From a virus (lineage: Duplodnaviria > Caudoviricetes): a stretch of 48,677 nucleotides of DNA. The stretch is taken from positions 1 through 48,677 of IMG/VR virus record IMGVR_UViG_3300012041_000027; one strand, written 5' to 3'. The notes beneath the pieces are model-generated. The model did no database searches, had not been told where the DNA came from, and worked only from the letters and a program-made list of their open reading frames with translations. This document shows, in pieces, positions 48,647 through 48,677 of the stretch (within the stretch, counting starts at the first letter, position 1; every line of letters starts with the position of its first letter). The position numbers were made by a program, and so were the translations under genes.

Positions 48647-48677
48647 TTACTTGCTCTTGTAGAACGTGGCTTCCTCG
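48647..48677 (-). CDS. 3' end of the junction-spanning ORF that starts at 212
   Basis: In frame with 1-212; ends with TAA. Confidence 0.75.
   Translation of the reverse strand, partial: EEATFYKSK

Overview
The window looks like a complete, circularly assembled ~48.7 kb genome of an AT-rich, short-tailed (podovirus-like) dsDNA phage. One minus-strand ORF reads through the end/start junction. I found no integrase and no recognisable endolysin. A plus-strand virion operon (2311-30181) encodes a putative HTH small terminase, TerL, portal, scaffold, major capsid, adaptor/nozzle, tail fibres and three ejection-type proteins, one of 2016 aa with a HExxH motif. A minus-strand arm (30178-48677 and 1-1456) encodes a cold-shock protein, a DUF3987-like ATPase, a UDG-PolA fusion, Nmad1-like and SLOG proteins, tRNA-Leu(UAA), an SSB/AAA_24/PD-(D/E)XK recombination module, a SNF2 helicase and many small early genes. 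The most unusual element is a leftward early operon organised like a pre-rRNA. A boxA-like element precedes three consecutive protein-coding units, each enclosed by its own ~30-bp long-range inverted repeat. Most mismatches in these repeats are G-U wobbles on the mRNA strand, and short hairpins separate the units. Other notable signals are early genes free of TTA codons versus TTA-rich late genes, a ~430-bp diverged palindrome with iterons and an IHF box, several operator arrays and an excess of GCCGGC. All family assignments come from motif recognition by eye, with no database search.
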